Shown: positions 9,322 to 19,085 of the stretch, in pieces
How positions within the stretch are numbered: the stretch's first letter is position 1
Layout of the letters: each line of letters begins with the position of its first letter
Assembly: GCA_043782405.1 (NCBI GenBank)
Contig: JAYWAN010000086.1
Coordinates: forward strand, 4,985-68,984
Length of the DNA stretch: 64,000 bases
Reading direction: 5' to 3'
Origin: Chitinophagaceae bacterium
GTDB lineage: Bacteria; Bacteroidota; Bacteroidia; Chitinophagales; Chitinophagaceae
Made by a program: the position numbers and the translations under genes
Notes under the pieces: model-generated
What the model saw: the letters and a program-made list of their open reading frames with translations, nothing else
Database searches by the model: none
What the model was told of the DNA's origin: nothing

Positions 9322-10296
9322 TTACCAGCCTAATACCCATGCAAACACCAATGGTGCCACAATGGTGGCATCACTTTCGATTATGTATTTGGGCGTGTGA
9401 ATATCGAGTTTACCCCAAGTGATTTTTTCATTGGGCACAGCGCCGCTGTAAGAACCATAAGAAGTTGTTGAATCACTGATCTGGCAGAAATAACTCCAGA
9501 ACGGTACATCATGCCATTCAAGGTCCTGGTACATCATGGGCACCACGCAGATGGGGAAGTCGCCGGCAATGCCACCGCCTATCTGGAAAAAACCAACTCC
9601 CTTACCTGCAGAATTATTCCTGTACCAATCGGCCAGCCACACCATGTATTCGATACCGCTTTTCATGGTGGTGGCTTTCATTTCATTTTTAATGATGTAG
9701 CTGGCAAAAATATTTCCCATGGTACTGTCTTCCCAGCCGGGCACAACGATGGGAATATTTTTTTGTGCTGCCGCCAGCATCCAGCTGTTCCGGGGGTCTA
9801 TTTCGTAGTATTGTTCCAGCACACCGCTCAATAACATTTTGTACATGTACTCGTGCGGAAAATATCTTTCGCCCTTATCATCGGCATCCTTCCAAATTTT
9901 ATGGATGTGTTGTTGCAACCTGCGGAAAGCTTCTTCTTCCGGTATGCAGGTATCTGTAACGCGGTTATAATGGTTCTCTAACAGGTCCCATTCTTCCTGC
10001 GGGCTAAGATCGCGGTAATTAGGCACACGCTTATAATGGCTATGCGCCACCAGGTTCATGATATCTTCTTCCAGGTTGGCACCGGTGCAACTGATGATGG
10101 TAACTTTATCCTGCCTGATCATTTCGGCAAGGCTAAGCCCGAGCTCGGCCGTACTCATGGCACCCGCAAGGGTAATCATCATTTTGCCACCCTCATCCAG
10201 GTGGGTTACATAACCTTTTGCTGCATCCATCAAAGCTGCGGCGTTAAAGTGACGGTAGTGGTGTTCGATGTAGGTGGAAACGGGTCCTTTGCTCAT
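9322..10296 (-). CDS. Deoxyhypusine synthase-like protein (probably homospermidine/polyamine biosynthesis)
   Basis: TGANLEED, GGGIAGD, GSYSGAVPNEKITWGK with catalytic Lys; ATG 10296 lies downstream of TACTTTTG (10333-10340, - strand). Confidence 0.9.
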   Translation of the reverse strand: MSKGPVSTYIEHHYRHFNAAALMDAAKGYVTHLDEGGKMMITLAGAMSTAELGLSLAEMIRQDKVTIISCTGANLEEDIMNLVAHSHYKRVPNYRDLSPQEEWDLLENHYNRVTDTCIPEEEAFRRLQQHIHKIWKDADDKGERYFPHEYMYKMLLSGVLEQYYEIDPRNSWMLAAAQKNIPIVVPGWEDSTMGNIFASYIIKNEMKATTMKSGIEYMVWLADWYRNNSAGKGVGFFQIGGGIAGDFPICVVPMMYQDLEWHDVPFWSYFCQISDSTTSYGSYSGAVPNEKITWGKLDIHTPKYIIESDATIVAPLVFAWVLGW

Positions 10297-10490
10297 GTCT
10301 TTTGTCGCCCTTAGTTTAGAAAGGCTAGGGTGCAAAAGTAATTTTTTTATGTACTCGACGATTCAATTTCCTTTCAAACATATTATTGCCCCTTTGTAAA
10401 ATATTTCCGGTATTCACAATTATTTAATTCTTTTCAATTCTCAAATACCGTTATTTTACGGACAATTTTATCATCTAAAAATTATATTTT

Positions 10491-10847
10491 ATGACAACAC
10501 AGGATGTTGCAAACCGCTTTAACGAACTTGCCCAAACCGGCCAATGGAACATTATACAGGATGAACTGTATTCGAACGACGCAGTGAGTATTGAACCGGA
10601 TCATTCACCGGGTTTAAAGAGAGCAGAAGGGTTGGAAGCCATCAGGGAAAAAGGAAAAAAGTTTGGAGAAATGGTGGAAGAGATGCACGGCGGGTATTCC
10701 AAAACCCCCGAAGTTGCCGGAACCCATTTTTCATTGGCCATGGGAATGGACGTGACGATGAAAGGCATGGGGCGCATGAAAATGGATGAAATAGCCGTGT
10801 ACGAAGTAAAAGACGGGAAAATTGTAAAAGAGCAATTCTTTTACTGA
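10491..10847 (+). CDS. SnoaL-like / NTF2-fold protein
   Basis: 118 aa; ELYSNDAVSIEP and EIAVYEVKDGKIVKEQFFY. Confidence 0.85.
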   Translation: MTTQDVANRFNELAQTGQWNIIQDELYSNDAVSIEPDHSPGLKRAEGLEAIREKGKKFGEMVEEMHGGYSKTPEVAGTHFSLAMGMDVTMKGMGRMKMDEIAVYEVKDGKIVKEQFFY

Positions 10848-10872
10848 TCTTCGGGTATGTAAACAGGCTAGT

Positions 10873-10903
10873 AAGTCCTGCTGTTGTACAGCGGGGCTTT
10901 TTT
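10873..10903 (+). terminator. Intrinsic terminator
   Basis: AAGTCCTGCTGT/ACAGCGGGGCTT stem followed by T run. Confidence 0.75.
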
Positions 10904-11177
10904 ATTGCGGGGTACTTGCTGTTGTACGTAACCCTAAAACAAAATTCTGTTCACTTTAAAGTAACAAGACATTCAAGGCGAAAATCCTAACAGCTCGCCG
11001 CACAAAGTGAACCTTGCAAAAGAGCTGCAATTGCCAACACGAGGGGCTACTAGTCTTCGGTGCGACAGATTGCACAACCTCTCTACAAACTTTCAAACCA
11101 CTCTAGGGCGGACTCAGAACAATAAGCCCAAATTGGTTTAACAAACCCTACAAAATATTTATCGTAAGTTTACACAA

Positions 11178-11627
11178 GTGAAACAAAAAAGACAGATACA
11201 ATTTAAAGCGGCTTTTCTGCTAATCATATTTAGCCTGAATATGTTTGTTGGTTTTGCTTGTGCTATTGGTTTGGACATGGGTTTTAATTCACACCATCAC
11301 GAAGAAGAGGAAACAGCCGCTTCAGTTCTTGTTCATACAAACGGTACAAAGCATCACCACGAAGAAGAGGAACAAAAGCATAAAGAAAATGATAAAAAAG
11401 ATGATTGCTGCAATGACAATGTATTAAAAATATTACAAACAGATAAAGCAGTTCCGCAATTTTCCAAACTAATAAGCCCAGTATTTGCAACAGCTTTTAT
11501 TCCTGTTTACTACACTATCAATATTTCTTATCCTTCACAGGTTAGCACTTCCACTAAATATTATGTTCGTGGGCATCATCCCCCCATCCCCGACATACGC
11601 GTAGCAATCCAGAGTTTTCAGATATGA
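11178..11627 (+). CDS. His-rich HYC_CC_PP-like protein
   Basis: Hydrophobic N-terminus, two H3-4/E4 tracts, DDCC, C-terminal HHPP; first gene of the metal cluster; GTG start. Confidence 0.75.
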   Translation: MKQKRQIQFKAAFLLIIFSLNMFVGFACAIGLDMGFNSHHHEEEETAASVLVHTNGTKHHHEEEEQKHKENDKKDDCCNDNVLKILQTDKAVPQFSKLISPVFATAFIPVYYTINISYPSQVSTSTKYYVRGHHPPIPDIRVAIQSFQI

Positions 11628-11701
11628 TTTAATGTATAAGAATTTATGCACGGCTTTGTCGTGCCTGTAATTTTTTTATTATACATTAAACATTTTCAAA
11701 A

Positions 11702-12310
11702 ATGACTAACATAATTTTAGGCATTGCAATAGCAGCCCTCTCTTTAACATCATGCAATAACAGTAATAGCAAAATAGCAGAAAATAAAAATGCTAATAAA
11801 GATACTGTACAGGTAAAATCACAAGCTGATACTTCAATAACGCCAACTCCAATAGTTGCAGATGAAAAAGCAACAGTTACAATAAAAGAAATCATAAGCA
11901 CTTACCTGCAAATGAAAAATGCTTTTGCTAAAGACAATACAAACGATGCAGCAACAGCAGGTAAATCTTTACAGGCTGCATTTATAAATTTTGATATTAA
12001 AACATTATCGGCTCAACAGGCAAAAACTTTTGCCGACATAGCAGACGATGCAAAGGAACATGCAGAGCATATAGGTGCAAATGGCGGAAAAATTGCCCAC
12101 CAAAGAGAACATTTTATAATGCTAAGTAAGGATATGGCAGACCTCATAAAAATATTTGGCAATGGCGGACAAACCCTATACAAAGATTTTTGCCCAATGG
12201 CAAACGATGGCAAGGGTGCAACATGGATTAGCGAAACTAAAGACATCAAAAATCCATATTTGGGTAAAGCAATGCCCACTTGCGGATCGGTAAAAGAAAC
12301 CATACAATAA
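11702..12310 (+). CDS. DUF3347-domain lipoprotein (metal-binding)
   Basis: Lipobox LTSC; FCPMA..GATWIS..IKNPYLG..MPTCG. Confidence 0.85.
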   Translation: MTNIILGIAIAALSLTSCNNSNSKIAENKNANKDTVQVKSQADTSITPTPIVADEKATVTIKEIISTYLQMKNAFAKDNTNDAATAGKSLQAAFINFDIKTLSAQQAKTFADIADDAKEHAEHIGANGGKIAHQREHFIMLSKDMADLIKIFGNGGQTLYKDFCPMANDGKGATWISETKDIKNPYLGKAMPTCGSVKETIQ

Positions 12311-12312
12311 AT

Positions 12313-12777
12313 ATGAAGCCAATTAAGAAAATAGTTTTGGCTGTAGGTATTTTATTTATTGCCATTCAGTTCATACAACCTGCCCACAACAAAAGTGGGC
12401 AGGTATTGCCTACCGATTTTGCCAAAATATATTCATTACCTGCAAGCGTGGAGGGGATTTTGCAAAATGCCTGTTACGATTGCCACAGTAACAACACCAA
12501 TTATCCGTGGTATTCAAATATTCAACCAATGGCCTGGATTATGGCAAGCCATATAAAGAATGGAAAAGAAAAACTGAATTTTAGTGACTTTGGCAGCAAT
12601 ATCACCCGAAAGCAAATAAGCAAGTTGAAAGAAATTGTAAACCAAATTAAGGATGATGAAATGCCAATATCTTCTTATAAGGCAATGCACAAAAAAGCAA
12701 GTCTTACCAAAGAAGAAAAAAGTTTAATCACGGATTGGATGAATAAAAAAGCAGAGAGCCTTTCAGTAAGTAATTAA
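12313..12777 (+). CDS. Heme-binding (Haem_bd, c-type cytochrome) protein
   Basis: CYDCH heme motif, YPWYS, LNFS, EMP; ATG 12313. Confidence 0.85.
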   Translation: MKPIKKIVLAVGILFIAIQFIQPAHNKSGQVLPTDFAKIYSLPASVEGILQNACYDCHSNNTNYPWYSNIQPMAWIMASHIKNGKEKLNFSDFGSNITRKQISKLKEIVNQIKDDEMPISSYKAMHKKASLTKEEKSLITDWMNKKAESLSVSN

Positions 12778-12977
12778 AAAATCAAACAAATATTAATCAG
12801 CATTTTTAAAGCAATTTTTATTCGTAAGAAAGATTGTTGAAAATAAAATAAGGATTTAAAAAAAGGGTTGTTGAAAATATGTGAATGATATAACTCCTTT
12901 TATTAATTGTATAACAAATTTTGAAATTAAGAAGTGTACATTATTACTATTGTGAAAATTCTTTCTCAATTAAAAAA

Positions 12978-13775
12978 ATGAAAATGAAAAAATATATAAA
13001 TACAGTTCGTAAAAGGTTAAGTTTTTCTTTCGCCTCACTTATTCTTTTAGGTATTAGTAGCTTTTCAGCATATAGCCAGCAAATGTCAAAAATGAGTATG
13101 GACACTCCAGTCATTAAACAAATGGGCGTGAAGGATATGCAAAATGATGAAATGTTGCCAATGCCATTTTTCACTCACATGGGTATGCCATTAAATGTTG
13201 GCTCTTATAATTTGAGAGCAGCATTTTTACCTACACAAAATGATGGGAAAACAAATGCAGAATATGATATTCAGTTTATGACAGGGCTTTCAAAAGTTGT
13301 CGGATTACATATTGGTGCCAAAGGAACATTTGATAACCCCACTTTAGAGGTTATGACACAATTCTTAGTATGGAAAAGTAAAAATGGAATGAATGGCTTT
13401 TCACCACTAATAGAATTTGAGTTCCCCTTGGGAAAAGATCCTAAGCGGAGAGTTTATACATTGGTTGGCTTTTCAACAACATTTTCAAATTCTCATGTGG
13501 CTTTTAATCAGGTGTTGCATTACAGTCCATTAGAAGATTTGGCAGAAGGAAGCATGTCGGTTGTAGTTAAAGTCTCCAATAGAATATTTCTTGTTTCCGA
13601 AATATTAGGTGTTACTGAAAAAGGAGTTAACCCTATTTTTAACCTGCTTGGGGGTATAAAGATTAAAGTGTACAAAAATTTATTAGTTGGACTTGGTTAT
13701 CAACATCCAATTACTACTAATAGAGACTTTTCATCACAATACATTGTTCAACCTGATTTATTTTGGAAGAGATAA
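12978..13775 (+). CDS. Exported Met-rich protein, putative outer-membrane beta-barrel
   Basis: Signal-like segment, Met-rich N-terminus (MPFFTHMGMP), alternating amphipathic strands; start 12978 or 12984. Confidence 0.6.
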   Translation: MKMKKYINTVRKRLSFSFASLILLGISSFSAYSQQMSKMSMDTPVIKQMGVKDMQNDEMLPMPFFTHMGMPLNVGSYNLRAAFLPTQNDGKTNAEYDIQFMTGLSKVVGLHIGAKGTFDNPTLEVMTQFLVWKSKNGMNGFSPLIEFEFPLGKDPKRRVYTLVGFSTTFSNSHVAFNQVLHYSPLEDLAEGSMSVVVKVSNRIFLVSEILGVTEKGVNPIFNLLGGIKIKVYKNLLVGLGYQHPITTNRDFSSQYIVQPDLFWKR

Positions 13776-13791
13776 AAATAAAATTAAGAAA

Positions 13792-15831
13792 ATGGAACAT
13801 CAACAAAAAGCAAATAAAGAAAATCATGTAGTGCATGACATGAGCAATATGCAGCATGGAGCAAACCCAGCAATGGGCATGGCAGGACATAATCATCATG
13901 CCATGATGATTGCCGATTTTAAAAAACGGTTTTATGTAGTGCTTATTCTTACCATTCCCATCATGTTGCTATCAAGCATGATACAACATTTTATGAAAGT
14001 TAATTGGCAGTTTGCAGGTTCTCAATACATCCTGTTTGCGTTATCAACCATTGTATTTTTTTATGGTGGCTTTCCATTCTTAAAAGGATTGGTTGAAGAA
14101 GTAAAAGCTAAGAACCCCGGCATGATGTTTTTAATTGGCTTCGCCATTACTGTTGCATACATATACAGCGTAGCAATTGTATTTGGTTTGCAAGGAATGG
14201 ATTTTTTTTGGGAATTGGCAACTCTAATCCTCATCATGCTTTTGGGGCATTGGATAGAAATGAAATCCGTTGCAGGGGCATCAAAAGAATTGGAATTATT
14301 GGTACAGTTAATGCCAGCAACTGCACACATGGTAATGCCCAACATGGTACATGACGTAAAGACCGACACATTAAAAGAGAATGATATTATTTTAGTAAAG
14401 CCAGGCGAAAAAGTGGCAGCAGACGGAATAATATTAGAAGGCGAAAGTTACCTTAACGAAAGTATGCTTACAGGTGAAAGCAAACCAGTACAAAAAGTAA
14501 AAGGCGATAAAGTAATTGCAGGTGCTATCAATGGCAATGGTTCAATAAAAGTAACCGTTTCCCATGCAGCTAAAGATTCTTATTTATCACAGGTAATAAA
14601 GTTGGTGGACGATGCTCAAAAATCAAAATCACAAACGCAGTTATTAGCAGACAAAGCAGCAAGATGGCTTACCATTATTGCATTGGTTACAGGTATTGCC
14701 ACATTTTTGTATTGGTATCTCACAGGTCAATCACTTGCCTTTGCAATGGAACGTATGGTAACAGTAATTGTTATTTGTTGCCCTCATGCTTTGGGTTTAG
14801 CAGTTCCGTTGGTGGTTGCAAAGTCGACAGCACTATCAGCAAAAAATGGTTTGCTTATTAAAAACCGTACAGCATTTGAAAATGCAAGAAAAATTACTAC
14901 CATCGTTTTTGACAAAACAGGGACATTAACCGTTGGCAAATTTGAAGTATCAAAAATTGTATCACTTCAAAAAGAATTAACCGAAAATGAAATAATCCGT
15001 CTTGCATCTGCATTAGAGCAAAAATCAGAACATCCCATTGCAACAGGCATTTTACAAAAAATAAAATATTTATCTATCGCCATCCCTGCAACAGAAAATT
15101 TCAATGCCATCACAGGCAAAGGCGTAGAAGCAACTGTGGAAGGCAAAAAAGTATTGGTAGTAAGTCCGGGATATTTAAAAGAAAACAATTTGGTAATTCC
15201 CGAAGGCTCTACTGCCAACGATACGGAAACAGTTGTGTTTCTAATCGTCAATAATCAATTAGCAGGTTACATTGCCTTGTCAGATGAAATCCGTCCTGAA
15301 TCAGCCGAAGCAATAAAAACCTTAAAAGAAAACAATATCAAATCCATTTTACTTACAGGCGATAATAATGAAGTAGCAAAAAGTGTAAGCGATACTTTAG
15401 GCATGGATAGTTTTATAGCCGAAGTATTACCACATCAAAAATTAGAGAAAATAAAAGACCTGCAAAGCAAAGGCGAGTTTGTTGCCATGACAGGCGATGG
15501 AGTAAACGATGCACCAGCTTTGGCAATTGCAGATGTTGGTATTGCAGTTGGTAGCGGCAGCGACATAGCAGCCGAAACCGCAGGTATTATTTTAGTAAAC
15601 AGCAACCCAAAAGATATTGTGAGCCTTATTTTATTTGGCAAAACCACTTACCGTAAAATGATACAGAATTTAATTTGGGCAACAGGTTACAATGTTATTG
15701 CATTGCCTTTGGCAGCAGGTGTTTTGTACAAGCAAGGCATTTTATTAAGCCCAGCCGCAGGTGCAGTTTTAATGACAGTAAGTACAGTTGTAGTTGCAAT
15801 CAATGCAAGTTTTTTAAAAGTAAAAAAATAA
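13792..15831 (+). CDS. copB: Copper-translocating P1B-3 type ATPase
   Basis: His/Met-rich N-terminus, TGES, CPH, DKTGT, SEHP, GDGVND, YN and MTVST motifs; ATG 13792. Confidence 0.92.
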   Translation: MEHQQKANKENHVVHDMSNMQHGANPAMGMAGHNHHAMMIADFKKRFYVVLILTIPIMLLSSMIQHFMKVNWQFAGSQYILFALSTIVFFYGGFPFLKGLVEEVKAKNPGMMFLIGFAITVAYIYSVAIVFGLQGMDFFWELATLILIMLLGHWIEMKSVAGASKELELLVQLMPATAHMVMPNMVHDVKTDTLKENDIILVKPGEKVAADGIILEGESYLNESMLTGESKPVQKVKGDKVIAGAINGNGSIKVTVSHAAKDSYLSQVIKLVDDAQKSKSQTQLLADKAARWLTIIALVTGIATFLYWYLTGQSLAFAMERMVTVIVICCPHALGLAVPLVVAKSTALSAKNGLLIKNRTAFENARKITTIVFDKTGTLTVGKFEVSKIVSLQKELTENEIIRLASALEQKSEHPIATGILQKIKYLSIAIPATENFNAITGKGVEATVEGKKVLVVSPGYLKENNLVIPEGSTANDTETVVFLIVNNQLAGYIALSDEIRPESAEAIKTLKENNIKSILLTGDNNEVAKSVSDTLGMDSFIAEVLPHQKLEKIKDLQSKGEFVAMTGDGVNDAPALAIADVGIAVGSGSDIAAETAGIILVNSNPKDIVSLILFGKTTYRKMIQNLIWATGYNVIALPLAAGVLYKQGILLSPAAGAVLMTVSTVVVAINASFLKVKK

Positions 15832-15843
15832 AAATATTCAGGA

Positions 15844-18375
15844 ATGAAAAAAATAACATTAATAATATTCATCCTTACCATGTACTCTTTTGCACAAGCA
15901 CAAGACATGAAAGGTATGGACATGAATAACAAAGAAATTAAGCAGCAGCCAGTAACATATACTTGTCCAATGCACCCCGAAATTCACGCCACAAAACCAG
16001 GCAACTGCCCCAAGTGTGGAATGAAGCTGATAAAAGAAAAATCTAAATCTGTAAAACAGATAACAGACAAAAAAAATGATAAAATGCAAATGCCCATGAA
16101 AGACACATCAAAAAAGATGGATAACATGGGCAATATGGATATGTCAAAAGAAAAACCACAAATAATAAAAACAATCGTAAACAATATACCACCAAAAACA
16201 GTACGTTACGATTTATACATTACTGATACAATGGTAAATTTTTCGGGCAAATCAAAAAGAGCCATTGCAGTAAATGGACAAATCCCCATGCCTACACTCA
16301 CTTTTACCGAAGGCGACACGGCAGAAATCTATGTACATAACGAACTGAACGAAGAAACATCTTTGCATTGGCATGGCTTGTTTTTGCCCAATCAATACGA
16401 TGGTGTGCCTAATCTTACGCAAATGCCCATCAAAGCACACACAACACATTTATATAAATTTCCCATCATTCAACATGGTACACATTGGTATCACAGCCAT
16501 ACAGGTTTGCAGGAGCAAATTGGTATGTACGGAATGTTCATAATGAATAAAAGAAACGAGTTAGACATACCAACATTACCAGTTGTTTTAAGCGAATGGG
16601 CAGACATGAAGCCCGAAGAAATACACCGCAGTTTGCACAATGCCACAGATTGGTTTGCTATAAAAAAGGGGACAACACAAAGCTATGCCGAAGCCATAAA
16701 GAGCGGGCATCTAAAAATCAAACTCACAAACGAATGGAAGCGGATGAATGCAATGGATGTTAGCGATGTGTTTTACGACAAATTTTTAATCAATGGTAAA
16801 AATAAAAACGAACAACCACAATTTAAAGCAGGTGATAAAGTAAGGTTGCGTATTGCAAACGGTGGAGCATCCTCTTATTTTTGGCTCACTTATTCAGGCG
16901 GAAAAATTACAGTTGTTGCAACTGATGGCAACGATGTTGAACCTGTAGAAGTGGACAGATTAATTATTGCCGTTTCAGAAACCTACGATGTTATTGTAAC
17001 CATTCCCGAAAATATGAATTACGAATTTTTAGTAACCCCCGAAGACCGTACAAAATCTGCATCGCTTTGGTTAGGCAGTGGTATGAAAATGCCAGCCGCA
17101 AAATTACCCAAGCTAAAATATTTTGCAGGTATGAAGATGATGAACCAAATGATGGATATGAACGGAAACTTAATGTCAATGGGTATGGAAATGAGTAACC
17201 AAACAATGGATATGAATACAGTAATGTATCCCGAAGTTACAGGCGAAGAAAATCCTAAGGCAGAAAAGAAAATAGATACAATGCACACTATGCAAATGCC
17301 AAATAATAATAGTATGCAGGGTATGAACATGGACGCTGAAAGTTCAGACATTGTTACTTTAAATTATGGAATGTTAAAGTCTGTTGCAAAAACAACTTTG
17401 CCCAATGCGCCTATAAAAGAATTGAAGTTTGATTTAACAGGAAACATGAACCGTTACGTTTGGACATTGGATAATAAAACAGTTTCCGAAAGCGACAAAA
17501 TTTTAATTAAGAAAGGCGAAAACGTAAGAATTATTTTGTACAATAATTCTATGATGCGGCACCCTATGCACTTGCACGGACACGACTTTAGATTGCTAAA
17601 CGGGCAAGGCGATTATGCACCCATGAAAAACATTATTGACTTAATGCCAATGGAAAGAGATACCATAGAATTTACAGCAACAGAAAGCGGAGATTGGTTT
17701 TTTCATTGCCATATTTTATACCACATGATGAGTGGCATGGGCAGAGTTTTTAGTTACGAAAATTCGCCAGCTAATCCCGAAATTCCTGACCCCAAATTAG
17801 CACAACGAAAATTATTTGCTGATGACAGGATGTTTCATTTTATGGCAAAGGTTGGTATAGAAAGTAACGGCAGCGATGGTATGGCAATGTTCGCAAACAC
17901 CCGATGGAAAGCAAGCACCATGTGGCATTTGGGATACCACGTTATGCTCGGCTACGAAAGTGAAACAATGTTTGGAAGATATTTAGGCAAGATGCAATGG
18001 CTTTATCCATACATAGGTTACGACCGTCATTATAAAATTGATGGAGGTCCAAAAAACGTCTTCGGCAGCGATGAAAAGAATTGGTTCGGGCAAACAAGTA
18101 ATAAAAACAACCGTTCAACAGTTGTAGCAGGTATTGCCTACACCCTACCAATGTTGTTTGTTGCAGATGCAAGAGTGGACGGCGATGGAAGATTTCGTTT
18201 TCAATTAGGCAGAGAAGATATACCAGTTACAAAAAGATTAAGAGCAAGCATGATGATAAACACCGACAAGGAATATATGTTAGGGTTAAGGTATATCGTA
18301 AACAAATACTTTTCACTATCCACACATGAAGATAGCGATATGGGTTTGGGTGTAGGGTTGATATTTACTTATTAA
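15844..18375 (+). CDS. Multicopper oxidase with N-terminal heavy-metal-binding domain and C-terminal PcoB-like barrel
   Basis: YTCPMHPE..CPKCGM; HWHG, WYHSH, HPMHLHGH, HCHILYHMMSGM; Met-rich insert; C-terminal strands ending in Tyr. Confidence 0.9.
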   Translation: MKKITLIIFILTMYSFAQAQDMKGMDMNNKEIKQQPVTYTCPMHPEIHATKPGNCPKCGMKLIKEKSKSVKQITDKKNDKMQMPMKDTSKKMDNMGNMDMSKEKPQIIKTIVNNIPPKTVRYDLYITDTMVNFSGKSKRAIAVNGQIPMPTLTFTEGDTAEIYVHNELNEETSLHWHGLFLPNQYDGVPNLTQMPIKAHTTHLYKFPIIQHGTHWYHSHTGLQEQIGMYGMFIMNKRNELDIPTLPVVLSEWADMKPEEIHRSLHNATDWFAIKKGTTQSYAEAIKSGHLKIKLTNEWKRMNAMDVSDVFYDKFLINGKNKNEQPQFKAGDKVRLRIANGGASSYFWLTYSGGKITVVATDGNDVEPVEVDRLIIAVSETYDVIVTIPENMNYEFLVTPEDRTKSASLWLGSGMKMPAAKLPKLKYFAGMKMMNQMMDMNGNLMSMGMEMSNQTMDMNTVMYPEVTGEENPKAEKKIDTMHTMQMPNNNSMQGMNMDAESSDIVTLNYGMLKSVAKTTLPNAPIKELKFDLTGNMNRYVWTLDNKTVSESDKILIKKGENVRIILYNNSMMRHPMHLHGHDFRLLNGQGDYAPMKNIIDLMPMERDTIEFTATESGDWFFHCHILYHMMSGMGRVFSYENSPANPEIPDPKLAQRKLFADDRMFHFMAKVGIESNGSDGMAMFANTRWKASTMWHLGYHVMLGYESETMFGRYLGKMQWLYPYIGYDRHYKIDGGPKNVFGSDEKNWFGQTSNKNNRSTVVAGIAYTLPMLFVADARVDGDGRFRFQLGREDIPVTKRLRASMMINTDKEYMLGLRYIVNKYFSLSTHEDSDMGLGVGLIFTY

Positions 18376-18494
18376 GCCAACGCAACAAGTGAATTTACTT
18401 AAACGGTAATCTTATTTAATAGTAATTTTAGCTGTGATAAGAGAGCGGTGGTTACGCCATGGTAAGGATTGATAAAGCAATACAATGATAAGCT

Positions 18495-19085
18495 ATGGAT
18501 TTTACCCTTTTATTTTCCAATCTTTCAAAACATATTTCCTTAACTGAAGAAGAAAAGGAATTTTTTAGCTCATTATTACGATCAAGATCATTGGTAAAAG
18601 GGGAGTTTTTGCTCCGTGAAGGAGAAGTATGCAAATACGAAACTTTTATAACCAGGGGTTGCCTGGTATCTTACTACCAGGATGAAAAGGGGCCGGGGCA
18701 TATTATCGATTTCTTAATTGAAGAATGGTGGGCAAATGACCTGTACAGCCTGTTTACCCAAACGGCTTCAAGATCATATATTAAAGCAATAGAAGACACG
18801 GATATTATTCAGATAAGCAAAGTAAATTTAGAAACACTGTATCATAAAATACCAAAATTCGAGCGGTTCTTCCGCATACTTTTTCAAAACGCATACATTA
18901 CACAAAGAGAGCAGATCAACCTCGCTTTTTCTGCTGAAGCTGAAGAAAGATACCTTTTATTCCTGCAAAATAAACCTTATGCCGAAAAAAGATTTTTTCA
19001 AAAAGACATCGCTTCGTACCTGGGCATAACACCGCAATTTTTAAGTGTTTTAAAGAAAAAGATCAGGCAGGTTAATGTAGATTAA
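18495..19085 (+). CDS. Crp/Fnr family transcriptional regulator
   Basis: cNMP-binding-like domain (KGEFLLREGEVC) and HTH (QKDIASYLGITPQFLS). Confidence 0.9.
   Translation: MDFTLLFSNLSKHISLTEEEKEFFSSLLRSRSLVKGEFLLREGEVCKYETFITRGCLVSYYQDEKGPGHIIDFLIEEWWANDLYSLFTQTASRSYIKAIEDTDIIQISKVNLETLYHKIPKFERFFRILFQNAYITQREQINLAFSAEAEERYLLFLQNKPYAEKRFFQKDIASYLGITPQFLSVLKKKIRQVNVD

Larger units (their letters stand above)
10921..18386 (+). other. Putative horizontally acquired copper homeostasis island
   Basis: Six co-oriented metal-related genes, visibly more AT-rich with A-ending codons compared with flanks; no integrase seen; boundaries approximate. Confidence 0.55.

Noticed and set aside
13687-13791. 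N-terminal extensions in the ORF track (also 2413, 10335, 12280, 12921, 19113, 22962, 25485, 27580, 32557, 33231, 48727, 55326, 57430, 59623)
   Set aside because: They overlap neighbouring genes or promoter elements; downstream ATGs give family-typical N-termini.
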